64,000 nt of DNA from Psammoneis japonica (Eukaryota), in assembly GCA_008632985.1 (NCBI GenBank), contig QPGO01000014.1:634289-698288 (forward strand), given 5' to 3'. Position numbers and translations under genes: made by a program. Below, in pieces: positions 13,800-24,672 of this stretch (position 1 is its first letter; each line of letters begins with the position of its first letter). The notes under the pieces are model-generated. The model did not search any database, was not told where the DNA came from, and saw only the letters and a list, made by a program, of their open reading frames with translations.

Positions 13800-14063
13800 A
13801 TGGGAGCAACAGAGCAAAAAGAAGATTCTTCTCCAAAGCACGTGCATGATCCAATTAAGTTGATCAGGGTTCCTGTCTCTGCAACGCCCAAAAAGTGAGA
13901 AGATGCGAAACCAAAAGTTTGTCAAATCACAATCAGAAAAGACCGTGACTGGACATCTTGGCCTGGAGGCACCCTCCTCCAGAAAGATCTGGTTCAATGC
14001 CCCAAGGGGCACTGGGCCCTTGGCAATGCTTGACGTCTCCATCTAAACTTGGGTGCGAAGAGG
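13800..14063 (-). repeat. Split direct repeat A1 (5' end of the element)
   Basis: Matches 5150-5413; identity stops after ...gaagagg at 14063. Confidence 0.9.
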
Positions 14064-15269
14064 GCCGCACAAGAAAAGCAAGTCTCCAGAATGGATTTTT
14101 GTTTTTTTGCAATGATGTGTGAGCAGATGTTTGTTTTAGCACTCCCGTGTGTTCTTGTTCATGTTGTTAGAAAAGCATTCCTAAAATTTTCCTGTAAATC
14201 CAGGGAAAGTGCAGTTGGTCATGGCAAAAATGGGGAAAGTCATTTAGTGCCACAACTTGCAATTTTTCAATGGATCCTGCATCTGACAAGTGTGTCATTC
14301 TGTGTGTCAACCATTCTCAAACCAAACACAACAAGGATGCTGCACTGTCAAATGCTCTGTTGTGTCATGTGTTGAGTCCTGGACAGAGTGTTGCTGTCAT
14401 GTTGTCACTTTCCCCATGTTTGCGGCAACTTCCTGATCAAGCAACAATGCAATGGTGCTTTCAAACCCCTTTTACGATAATTTTTGTTGATCAAAATCAT
14501 CACAAAACTCAAAGCAGTTGATGAGATTGATTGAATGTGATGTGTTTCAAAAATCACAAGGTGAAACATGGTGGCTCATGCAAAGAATGCAATGGATTGT
14601 TTGTTGAACAAAAAAATGTTCTTGTGTTGTGTTGACACAAAAATTGAGCACAAAGCATCTAGAGCAAAGGCCAAGGCAAAATTAGAACCCCGCATGACTA
14701 AAATTAACATGGTGGATCTAATGGCATCACACATTTTTCCCTTTTTTGAACCTTGTGTGCAGAACACAACAGCTCGCTTGTGGCAGAAAAATTGTCATTG
14801 TGTCATGTGGCCACAAACACAAGCCATGAGGTGTCCAGAGTGATGTGTGCAGCAAGAACAGAACTGTGGAGTGGCAAAATTAACATGGCAGATTAATGGA
14901 AATGTTTGTTTTCTTCCCTTCTTTCTGCAACAAGGGATCCACCATCCACCATGGCTGATGTTGAGAAGAAAACAATGCACAGTTTTGCTTCATCTGAAAA
15001 CAGCACAAGTCAACCACAAGCACTTCATGCTGACACAAGACTAGCCCCATGCACAAATGAGTTGCTGCCATTCTAAAGAGGCAGCTTTTGTTGCCACAAG
15101 TTGACAATGATTGAGCCAGGAGTGATGCTGTTGTTGGTCGGTGCGGTTTGGACGTTGACGATTCCAGCACAACAAAGCTGGACACTGGACTGTGTTTTTT
15201 TTTTCCCAACCAGAGGGTCCATGGTGTTGGAAAGGGTTGATCTCACCCCTTCACAAGTGGTCCCATGGG

Positions 15270-18180
15270 ATGTGGTGTGGGCGATGTGCAATGACATCAT
15301 CACATGCATTGAGTCAGACATGTTCACATTCTTGCAAACATGTGCATGTTGTCAAGTAAAAACTCTCATCCCACAGTGCCCCTAAATCTCAAGTCACCTG
15401 GAACCAACTGTGGCTAAAGACACTTTTTCAGCCATTTCCACACCACAAAAAAAGCACGCTTCAACTCAACTCAACCATGATGATGTCTCGCAATTCTTCC
15501 CCAATGCCTTCACAGGATGCCATTCCTGCTGACACTGATGCAAATGACTCTGGCGCAACAGGTGATGTCATTGCTTCTGTTCTGAATGGCCTGATGGATG
15601 CAAAACAAGATGATGCCATCTCACACTGTTATTTCCTTGCCAAACCACCTCCCACAGACTCTGTCACAAATGCCAATGCCGTCCCTGCATCTCTTTCAAA
15701 TGACATGCCAGGCACTGTCACTCTCATGCCCTTGGCACAACAGGTGCTGTTGACGCTGTTGTTGACTTGTGCCAATGACATCTGCAATTAAATGGCACCA
15801 ACTCACACTGTCATTTCCTCACCAAACTGCCTGCCACAGATTCTGTCAATGCCAAACCTGCGCCGCTGGTCAACGCCATCCACAATCCCTTTGTCGGTGT
15901 CTCTGCTGATGTCTTTGGCAAGTGTCCTCATGCTTGGCAGAAAAACACAGGGCACAGCATCCTTGCTTCAACAATGAACCAAAACATCCATCCTTTTTTG
16001 CTTGTCTGACCCAGTGGTGGTGGCAAATCCCTTGTTTGCAATGTTGCAGGGGTTGGCAATGGAGCCAACATCAGAACCCACACCCCCAACAAATCAACGA
16101 TGGGGCCCACTGCAGAATCAACAATGACAGAGCAACCGACATCAGAACCCACACCAATCAATGCAACAATGGCACCCTCTGAAGAATCAACAGCACCACC
16201 AACTGTTGAGCCCTCAGCAAAACCACCCCCAGCAGAAAAGTTGCCAACCACAGATGAGCCGACAGTGGAGTCACCAACTGAAGAGCCGACACTAGAACCA
16301 TCATTTCCATCTTGGCTGCCAACAAGGAGACCAACTTCCTTTAGATGCACTTGCAAACCCATGCCAAAACCTGCCGGTCAACAAAAACGTGAGGGTTGTG
16401 GCCATCAACTGCAGCCTGTCCATTAGAGAAACAAAGCACATTGGCACAAATGGGTGCATTCTTGTCCCAAGTGTGGAAAAGGCCGCGGCAAAGGAAAGGG
16501 CAGAGGGAAGGGTTGGAATCACTGCAATTGGCACAAGGGGAAGCATGGCAGTTGGGGCAATTGTCACTGGAGCACTTGGTCAGGTCAGAAAATGAGCAAT
16601 GAAAAAGGAAGCAGCCACTGCAATGACCAAATGGAGCACTGGAGAAATGGCAAAAATCATGATCCAAGACAGCATCATTTGCGGCAAAGAAGAGCATCCA
16701 GCCAACATGACCCATCCACACCAGCCACGGGACCCCCTTTGGAGCCGCCCACAAAACCGGTGTTGGCAAAGGACAGAATCAACCCAAATTGGAGAGACCA
16801 ATGTTGAAAGACAACTGCAATCAGCACCAACCTTAGAGGGAGCAACACAAACTGGTGGGTGGAGGAGAGGCATCATCATTGTTTTTTTTTGGGCAATGAC
16901 AAATGATCCAGGATGTGTGGCCAAGAGAAAGAAAGAAAAACATGACATGTTTGTCACATGAGAAGGATTGTCTGTGCCTCCAGCAATTCAAGGGCTTGAG
17001 AGCATTGCTCAGCTCCTTCTGCACGGTTTTGACATGGACCTCAATTGCACGGAGAGCCATTCTCCAGGGAGATGAAACTCCGTTTGGCACAAAGAATGCA
17101 GTGACTTGCTCTTTAGAGTCAGCCAAGCATCATGGTCCAACGGGAGCTGGACAATGGGTTGGGACCATGACATGTGGCTCTGGTGCTCTGGTCTCCAATC
17201 AAAAGAATGGGATTTATGCCACATGTGAAGGAATTTTTGTGGCTTCTGTTCATTGTCTGTGCGTTGGGGTGGGATGAGCATGCACTTGCTTGTTGCACAT
17301 CAATTTCTGTCATTGTGAAGCACTGGGGCAAGAATGGGAAACAGTGTCAACAGTGCCTGTGGCAGCAAGGGCAGGAGTGACAGCATCGGGCATGCCAGTG
17401 GACCGAAACGCAGGCGCGGCGTTTGTGTTCAGGCATGGGATCAGGAGAAAAAAAGGTGATGTCTTCTAGATCACACGCCGGTTGTGTTTGGGTGACCACT
17501 GCTGGAGCAAGTGAGTTGTTGTCTGCACAGGGAGTGGCAACAACAGTGGGGGTTGGGGATGATGGGTGAGATGTTGGCATGGCGGTGTTCATGACAGTGT
17601 TGATGGGAGGTGCTTGGGCAAGAAAAAAAATGTGCAAGTTGTTGGCATTTAATTGCAGATGTCATTTGCACAAGACAATGACAGTGTCAACAGCACCTGT
17701 GGCGGCAAGGGCAGGAGCAACAGCATCCGGCATGCCAGTGGACCAAGACGCATCTGCAGTGTTGGCATTTGTGACAGCATCTGTGGGAGGCGTTGGAGCG
17801 TGCAAACAACAGTGTGAGTTTGCAGCATCTTTTTTGCATGTGTCACACCCACGAGAACTGGAATGTTGACATTGCCTGTTGCATCAGTGTCATCAGCAAC
17901 AGCATCAGTGGGGTTGGCGGCATCCTGGGAAGGCAATGGGGAAGAACCACGATGCATCATCATGGTCAAGTTGTCAAAATGCGTGCTTTTTTCATGGTTG
18001 CAAGAAAGGTCAAAAAGTGTCGTCACCTGTGGTCAGTTCCAGGTGACTCAAGATTTAGGGGAGAATGTGGTTCAGGATTTTTCCTGCTGACATTGGCACA
18101 TTTGTGTGCAAATGCAAAATTCAGTGATGCAACAACATGTGAAAATTTGATGACGTGAACATTGCATCACCATGACATCA
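15270..18180. mobile_element. Segment bounded by long diverged inverted repeats (~15270-15830 and ~17620-18180); foldback or Pack-MULE-like
   Basis: ccctaaatctcaagtcacctggaac (15380) is the near reverse complement of gttccaggtgactcaagatttaggg (18036-18060). Both arms translate to MMM.R.SSP.PSQDA...QVLLTL.L.CANDICN*. Confidence 0.65.
16000..16830 (+). pseudogene. Decayed Pro/Thr/Ser-rich, KG-repeat extracellular-type protein
   Basis: EQPTSEPTP...APPTVEPSAKP...SPTEEPTLEPS...PTRRPT, followed in a shifted frame by GKGRGKGKGRGKGW. Typical of diatom secreted or cell-wall proteins. TpA-depleted. Confidence 0.5.
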
Positions 18181-18199
18181 AAACCACATTCTCCACTTG

Positions 18200-19480
18200 C
18201 AAAGGGGTGTGTTGATGTGGAGAAACATGTGGTGGGAGGGTTGCATGGAGCATGCTTGGGGATGGAGAGAAAAAGGTTGAGCCCAAAGTGCAGACAGACA
18301 GTCAAGAGGAGGAGTCATTGCATTGGCAACAGTGGGGTGGTGAAGGAGAAGAGCTTGGCATGTGGAGAGATGGTTGGAAAGAGCAAAGCCAAAGTTGAGG
18401 CTGAGGATTTGAGAGCCCCAGAGTTGAGGTGTTACGGTGTGATGAGAGGAGCCAAAGCGGTCCGGTGAAAGTTGTTTCCAGGCCGCATTGGAGTGGGCAA
18501 GGAGGTTGGAAGGTGCAATCAGTGAGTCAGTGAAAGTGGAGAAGGATGCTTGAGAGTTGGAAAGGGAGGATGGGCTTGTCCAGGGTGGTTTGGGAGGAAG
18601 GGGGGGATGGAGGAGGATGTTGTGGCAGAGGTGCCAAAGAAGAAGACATGGAAATGACACCTGATTCCACCAAGTGCCAAGGTGGTCAAATGCGAAAGGG
18701 AGGAAGAAAAGTCCAGCTTGGTTGACAGTGTCAATGACATTGGAGCCATGGGCAGATGGTGCAGAACAACCAAGAAGCTTGTCCCACATGCTGCTGAGGT
18801 GAGCCTTGTCCAATGGGTCTTCAGGGACAGGCAAACCAGGTGCAGGAGGTGGGGTGGCTGGTGGCACAGTGACATCAATGGCCAAGAAGTTGGTGGTGCA
18901 GAACCAGGGGCAAGTTGAGCACCAATGCCGGCAGGGTGTTTGAGGGGGTGTGGTCAGCCAAGAGGCCAGCAGGGTCAAGGCAGACTTGTTGGCGGGAAAG
19001 GCACAGGCTGCAAAGGGGGGGTCAGTTTCGACAATGGCGCAAATGGTGTCGCGAATGTGATTTGACAGCAGGCCTTTGTGCATTTTGGAGCATGCAAAGG
19101 CATGGTTTCTGCAAGGGTCTGGGCAGGTGTGGCTGCATGGGCAACTGCGCTGGAGCAGATTGGAGGGAATCATTGAGAGGCTGTTGATGGGAGCCGGTTG
19201 GAGGAGGGAGCTCAGGGAAGGGAGTGAAGGCAGCCACAGGCTTGTCAGCAGAGACAGCAGGGATGGAAGGGCTGGTTACATGGAGGGTTGACGAGGATCT
19301 GAGGGAGAGTGTTGGTTTTGTGATGACACAGGTGAAGACTCTGTGCAAGACCACGCAGGTTGTGGTGTTTGACAGCGTGTGTCAATGAAGTGAAGGAAGA
19401 AGGAGAGTCAAGCCGAAGGAGGATGGGAGTGCAGTGGCAGAAAATATGTGACCGAGGGAAAGGGTGGAGCATGGGTTAGA
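18200..19480 (-). mobile_element. 3' fragment of an RLE-type (CRE-like) non-LTR retrotransposon
   Basis: CPCS...DPCRNHAFAC.K.HK...NHIRD (CCHC knuckle), then LAIDVTV and FLPFAFDHLG, as in restriction-like endonuclease domains. No RT seen. Confidence 0.6.
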
Positions 19481-20151
19481 TCATGAGCCAAGAGCAGTGG
19501 AGCGGCTCAAAGGGAGATGAAAGACATCGCCACCGGTGAGCAGGATGCCATGTTTGGTGCAACGTGTGGATCTTGTGAGAGAGGTGATGAGAGCTGGGAT
19601 GGTGACAGTGGAGACACGTCCGTTTTGATGGGTCACATGTTGCTTCGATTTTGCAACTTCGTTTTTCACGGTGGTTGTCAAGATCGATTTTCGATTTGAC
19701 AGCCGACGTGAAAAACCAAGTTGAAAAATCCAAAATCGAAGTTTTCCGTGTGCGTGCGCCCCGGCTCTTTCAGCTTTTGGTTGGGTGGGCGGATGGCTTG
19801 CTTCGGGCTCGCAGTTGTCAGGCCTGCGCACGGCATTGCCGTGCAGTTGCAGTAGAAGTGCTGCACATCACAAGGCCGGCTATCCAGCAGCTCCTCTCAG
19901 CCAGATAGAAGAAGAAGAGAAAAGGAAAAGGAAGGAAAAAATAAACATCAATGAAGGTTTGAAAGGGTGCGCTGCAGTGCCGTAGTGCGCACAGTAGTGA
20001 AGACGGACGTAGACAGGTGCAGACGCGCTGCGTGGAATTTGGTGCGAAGTGTCACACGTTTACGTGCGCAGAAGGATGTGGATCGCCAACGGCTGGAACA
20101 AAGCAACACACCACACAGCAGTGAGTGCAGCTCTGTCATCACGGCGCTAGA

Positions 20152-21612
20152 ATGGTGGAGGACAACATCGTTGCGTCTGGCAAAGCAGAGGATGTAGCAG
20201 CTCCGGAAGTCATGGCAGAACTCACGGGTGCCGAAGGCGCGGCGGCAGCTGCCATGACTGCACTTGGCGCCGAGGGAAGTGCCGAGGGTGTGTCCATCGA
20301 GTCCGAACGCGCAAGGATGTCGGAGAAGCCGGCGCAGTCCCAAACTGAAAAGAGGGAGAAAGCCGTGCCGCCGGAGCCAACCTTTCAAATTTGTGGTTGG
20401 AATGAAGCACAGCAGCTGGGTTGCACCGCCGAGCAGCTCCTCAAGGCCGGTTACAAGATCGAGTTGGTGGGTGAACAGGCCACCTTTGTGAAACCGGAGG
20501 TCCCACCTTTTTGCAGCGGCAAAAGCGAGGAGGCAGCCAAGCCCGCGGCCAAAGTGGTCGCGAAAGCAACGGCGGAAGAGGAAGAAGAAGGAAAGCAATT
20601 TCCGGACCCCAACGATCCGTCATTCGACTTGTGGGACTGGGTGTTGCGGCACGAAAAATCCGATAAATTCCAGGAGTCCATGTGCCTGATGAAGGATGTG
20701 CCAAACAATCCCGACCTCTGGTTCCCCATGCTGGGAGAACTGGGGTGCATCAGGAGCGACCCTGAAGCCATCGCGAATGCTCACGGCGAACACTGCAAGT
20801 GGGTGTGGAGGTGCCGCACGGAAGTCGGCGAGAGGGGCATCCCAGACTCGACGCCGAAGAGCAACAAAGTGTTCAAGACCACCGTCGAGGCTTTCGAAGC
20901 GGGGTGGTCGCTCGCACTGGTCTGTCTCGTGAAGAGAGTAAGTACAGAAGTGTGCACATTTGGATGAGGCGCCGTGTCACTTCAACCTGCGTTGTTTTGC
21001 CTCGAAAAGTCTGTTTGCTCCGCAGGCCCCAAGGAGGTGGAGGTGGGCGAGCTACGCGCATCGCAACGGAGGGGCGCAGGCATTGGTTTTTTTGCTTTGC
21101 GCCAGTTCCAGAAAGGCAGCACGGTTGGAATCTACGTGGGCCCCAGGGTGCCCGGTACGACGAGGAGCTGCTCGTGGTGTGACCACGACAGCAAGTTTGG
21201 AGAAGACCACAGCGTGTGCTGCTCCACCATCCGTGACAGCGAGGGCTGCCACGTCACAGTGGAGCCAAAACCGCTTGATTTTAGCGGTCCAGGGAACAAG
21301 AATTCCCATCCACTCTACCTCGGAATGCACTGTGTGAACGATGCCACCGAGTCATTCAAGGACAAGAAGAAGATCAAGGCAAGCCAACACGCGGACAACA
21401 ACTGCGAGTTCTACAACGACGGGTGCTTGGCAGTCACGAAGCGAATCATGCCCGGGGAGGAATTTCTCTGCAGATGCAACTTGGACGAATTGGAGAAGAA
21501 GAAGAAGAAGAGGAAGGCGACGTCGGGTGCCATGAATTGGAAGAAGAAATCGCGTCTACTCCCCAAGTCGGGGGGGAGAAGCTCCACGTCTGGCAAAACG
21601 TTTGCCGTGTAG
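20152..21612 (+). pseudogene. SET-domain lysine methyltransferase with one in-frame stop
   Basis: GIGFFALRQFQKGSTVGIYVG, LYLGMHCVND, NCEF, VTKRIMPGEEFLCRCN match SET motifs, with conserved Tyr positions read as Cys. ORFs 20125-20967 and 20974-21612 are in the same frame, separated by TGA at 20965 (likely from CGA). Basic NLS-like tail KKKKKRK. Confidence 0.8.
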
Positions 21613-21834
21613 TGTGCTCTGTAAATTAGTGGCACAGTGTGTTGGTGTTTTTCAGCGAAACTGCAGCATTAGTTGGAAAGGCGTAGCCCCAGTTGTGGTT
21701 CGAAAAATGGGAACGAGGAAGAACAGAAAGTCGGCAAATTTACGCAAATCTAGCAAATTAGCAGGTGCCTGCACAGTCGCCTGAGTACAGAAAGTCAGCA
21801 AATTTACGCAAATTTAGCAAGTTATTTTGCACTG

Positions 21835-23268
21835 TCACAGTCGCCTGAGAATGGTCTCTTCCTCTAGAGAAAGGGGGATTGAATTGTCACTCTTGCCCAC
21901 TGCAGCACTCTTCAGGTGGAGAGACACGCAGAAGAACTCGTCGTTTGAGTTTGTCCTGCTGGAGATGCAGTGGTGCTTGGTGGGGTTAAAAATGATGACA
22001 TCACCAAGCCGGAGTGCAACGGAGATGCCTTCGGTGGGGAAGCAGAAGTGCGCCACAATCCTGTCATTCATGGTGTAGCTGCCGGACGGAGGGACTCCCA
22101 CCACGGTGACTGCTGACAGGAAGAAGTCCTGGTCCCGATGGGCGTTGAGGAAGACATTGCACCCAGCCGCCAGAGAGGAGAAAATGCCATCTGACCGCAC
22201 CAGGGATTTCCAGTTGTGAAACTTTTTGACACGAGCGATGCCCTTGAGGATGGCACAGTCCATGCACTCATTGACAAGGTGCTCCATGCGTGAAAGAAGT
22301 CTGGTGAGGTGGTGAGTGTGTTGGTCGGCTGTGCCAGGCTGCTTGCAAGAAATTCGAGCGTCCCTCGTGGCAGCCAGGCCAATCGTGGAACACTTGCTCC
22401 TGTCCGTCTCCATGAAGGTAATGCATTGTTTGCCACGCACAGTGGACTGGGCGGTGCAGCATTCTAGTGCTTCGAGCGCTTGGCACTGAGCAACCAGTTC
22501 TGCTGGGTTGGGGGAGCTGAACACCACAGCAGAACGCGGCAGCAGGGTGCAGGTGTTGTCGCAGCGGCAACCGTCCAAGCCAAAGAAAGGCTTCAGATCG
22601 AGCACAGGGTCACAGACGACCAGAGGAGCCAATTCGGCAAAGTCAATGTCAGCAAGACAAGGTGGTGCAGGCTGAGTGTAGTCGCCATCATAAACTGGAG
22701 TGCGGTCAGCTACGCAGTGTACGGAGAGACTCTCAGTGGCGCACGGTGCGAGTGGAATGAGGCGAGCAATCTTGGATGTTTTCCTGCTGGCGTGGCTGCA
22801 GATTCGCCTGCGGCTGCGGTGGGCCTTACGAAGTGGCGGTTGAGCCCTCAACACGTTCTCGCATGTCCTGGCGCGCATTGATGATGCGGTGTTCGCAGAG
22901 AACGTGTGTGTGAACTTGCCGGCAAATGTTCTGCTGCTTGACAATGTCACTGTCGTCTCAACAGTGCCCAAAGCAGAGCTCTGTCGACAGGGACCGGCGG
23001 ACTCCAGGGGAGTGGGGTCAAAACCCAATCGAGAGATGTGTCTGCTTTCCGTTGCCTCAAGAGCACCCAAAGCAAAACTCTGTTGACAGGGACCGGCGGA
23101 CTCCAGGGGAGTGGGGTCGAAACCTAATTGCGAGAAGTGTTTGCTTGTTGTCGGGCTGCGAGCTGCACGTCCCAAACCCCCACACTGTCGAGACCGGCTG
23201 CAACTCGATCGCGACAAGTGCTTGTCGTTGGCAGGACGATGCAGCGAGGCACGAGGCAGTTGCGACAT
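21835..23268 (-). CDS. TET/JBP-like 2-oxoglutarate/Fe(II) dioxygenase (Tyr-eroded, probably inactive copy)
   Basis: IFSSLAAGCNVFLNAHRDQD (HxD), FCFPTEGISVALRLGDVIIFNPTKHHC (distal His), CVSLHLK. Spacing matches the TET/JBP double-stranded beta-helix. The low-complexity N-terminus has a 33 aa (99 bp) duplication. Confidence 0.75.
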   Translation of the reverse strand: MSQLPRASLHRPANDKHLSRSSCSRSRQCGGLGRAARSPTTSKHFSQLGFDPTPLESAGPCQQSFALGALEATESRHISRLGFDPTPLESAGPCRQSSALGTVETTVTLSSSRTFAGKFTHTFSANTASSMRARTCENVLRAQPPLRKAHRSRRRICSHASRKTSKIARLIPLAPCATESLSVHCVADRTPVYDGDYTQPAPPCLADIDFAELAPLVVCDPVLDLKPFFGLDGCRCDNTCTLLPRSAVVFSSPNPAELVAQCQALEALECCTAQSTVRGKQCITFMETDRSKCSTIGLAATRDARISCKQPGTADQHTHHLTRLLSRMEHLVNECMDCAILKGIARVKKFHNWKSLVRSDGIFSSLAAGCNVFLNAHRDQDFFLSAVTVVGVPPSGSYTMNDRIVAHFCFPTEGISVALRLGDVIIFNPTKHHCISSRTNSNDEFFCVSLHLKSAAVGKSDNSIPLSLEEETILRRL

Positions 23269-23841
23269 GGTGTGTCTCAATTTGAAATGTGTTTCAAAGT
23301 GTGATGACGGAAGTGTTGTCGCGTTGTTTTTGTCTCCGCGGAGGGAGTGTCATCCCACGGCAATCTCAGTGCGAGTTCTTGCGTAGAAGTGCGTTACGTG
23401 CCGTGCCAGCTCGTGCGTTTGAATTACACGGACACACAAGTGCGGCAACGATGAGAAGCAGGCCGAGATTCAAAACAAATTTTACCGCCTAAAGGCGTCT
23501 TATTATTTCAACGCGTCTGCATGTCTGTTTAAAATGACTTTGTACGTCGCTCCATGCACAGGTAGAGGCAGCACGCCGCGTTTGAAAATTTCGTGCGCGT
23601 AGAGGGCGCGACGGCAATTTTACGCATTCGGCGCATGTCACAGTTTGGTTTGGAAATGCGACGTCTGGTCAAACCCGCTGCAAGCAAGGTTGATGTTGCC
23701 ACAAGGTTAGATGCGATGAACCATCGTTGCAGAAGTGTGAGGGAGTTTTGTCTTCAAACAGCTCCGGACTCCGCGTTCCAGAGCAGGCGTGTCTCCGGAG
23801 ACGGAAGCAGATCTTCGCACTGAGGCGAAGTTGGCTTCGCT

Positions 23842-24585
23842 TTGAGCAGCGAAGTGTTTTTGAACGAACGCCTTCTTGGCGTGAATCACACCTGCGACAC
23901 ATCTGTCGACATGGGCGGGGGAGTTGCCGGACCCAGCATCGGGCTCAAGTTGCTTCGTCGCCGTTGCACCGTGGTGAGCATCGAGGCCGACCACAATTGT
24001 CACCAAGAGGCTGTACGTTGGGCTCATCGTGCTGGCCTTTGCTCGAACGTCGGGTTGGAGTTGATCAACAAGTCATTCTTGGATGAGAGGCTGGCTCCTT
24101 TGTGGAAAAAGAAAGGACTCAAGGTGTTCTTCAACAACTGCAACTCCCGGATGGTCGACGACAAGAACACACAGCAGAAGGCAGAGGCGATGCTTTCGAA
24201 GTTGTGTCGTGCTGGGACCGTGGTGGTGGCGCTAGATCCGCTGTTCGCGTCGCACGCGGGAGAGTGGATGTGCGAGTCCTTCACGGCGGATTGCCATGAT
24301 GGCGACTTTTTGTGGCACAGCGGAGACGTGAAACATCTCGTCTTCCACAAGTGCACCAAGAAAGAGGAGACTTCTCAGTCAACCAGCCAGCACATGCGAC
24401 GTCCCACTCCGACACACTTGGAACGGAAGTGTTCACCCGTCGCGAAATGGCCAATTTTACTTAAGAACTCGACTGAACTGTTTTTTTGCTGTCACTGTGC
24501 CAGACGTCACATGCTAGTTACTCTGCTCAATTCGCCATTGCTTCGCGGTAACGTAAAGTTATCGTCGGAGATGGTGCATGCTTGA
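23842..24585 (+). CDS. DOT1-like class I SAM-dependent methyltransferase; true start uncertain
   Basis: VDMGGGVAG (motif I), VVSIEAD, VFFNNCN, GTVVVALDPL parallel the DOT1 motifs DLGSGVG / GxE / FVNNF / GxxIVS. Confidence 0.6.
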   Translation: MSSEVFLNERLLGVNHTCDTSVDMGGGVAGPSIGLKLLRRRCTVVSIEADHNCHQEAVRWAHRAGLCSNVGLELINKSFLDERLAPLWKKKGLKVFFNNCNSRMVDDKNTQQKAEAMLSKLCRAGTVVVALDPLFASHAGEWMCESFTADCHDGDFLWHSGDVKHLVFHKCTKKEETSQSTSQHMRRPTPTHLERKCSPVAKWPILLKNSTELFFCCHCARRHMLVTLLNSPLLRGNVKLSSEMVHA

Positions 24586-24672
24586 AGAGACAGAGGAAAG
24601 CTGAGTTGTAATCGACACTCAGTTCACCAAACATTTACAAATTTACACTGCACCGGCAAAAAAAAAAACAAC

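Larger units (their letters stand above)
4674..14063 (-). mobile_element. Full-length Ngaro/PAT-type (DIRS order) tyrosine-recombinase retrotransposon, decayed
   Basis: Split direct repeats in the order A1-ORFs-B1-A2-B2 on the minus strand, enclosing gag-like, RT-RNase H and tyrosine recombinase remnants. No clear target-site duplication. Confidence 0.85.

Noticed and set aside
1..19600. Hundreds of overlapping Cys/His-rich ORFs in all six frames as real genes or metal-binding proteins
   Set aside because: A by-product of TpA loss: TAA/TAG stops and Tyr codons are removed and TGY/CAY codons created.
1..19600. Classical fungal RIP or CpG deamination as the sole cause of the skew
   Set aside because: RIP enriches TpA and depletes CpA/TpG, the opposite of what is seen. 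CpG decay explains the low CG but not the loss of TA.
23842..24585. N6-adenine DNA methyltransferase marking TpA
   Set aside because: No (D/N/S)PP(Y/F) motif; the NN motif and spacing fit DOT1 better.
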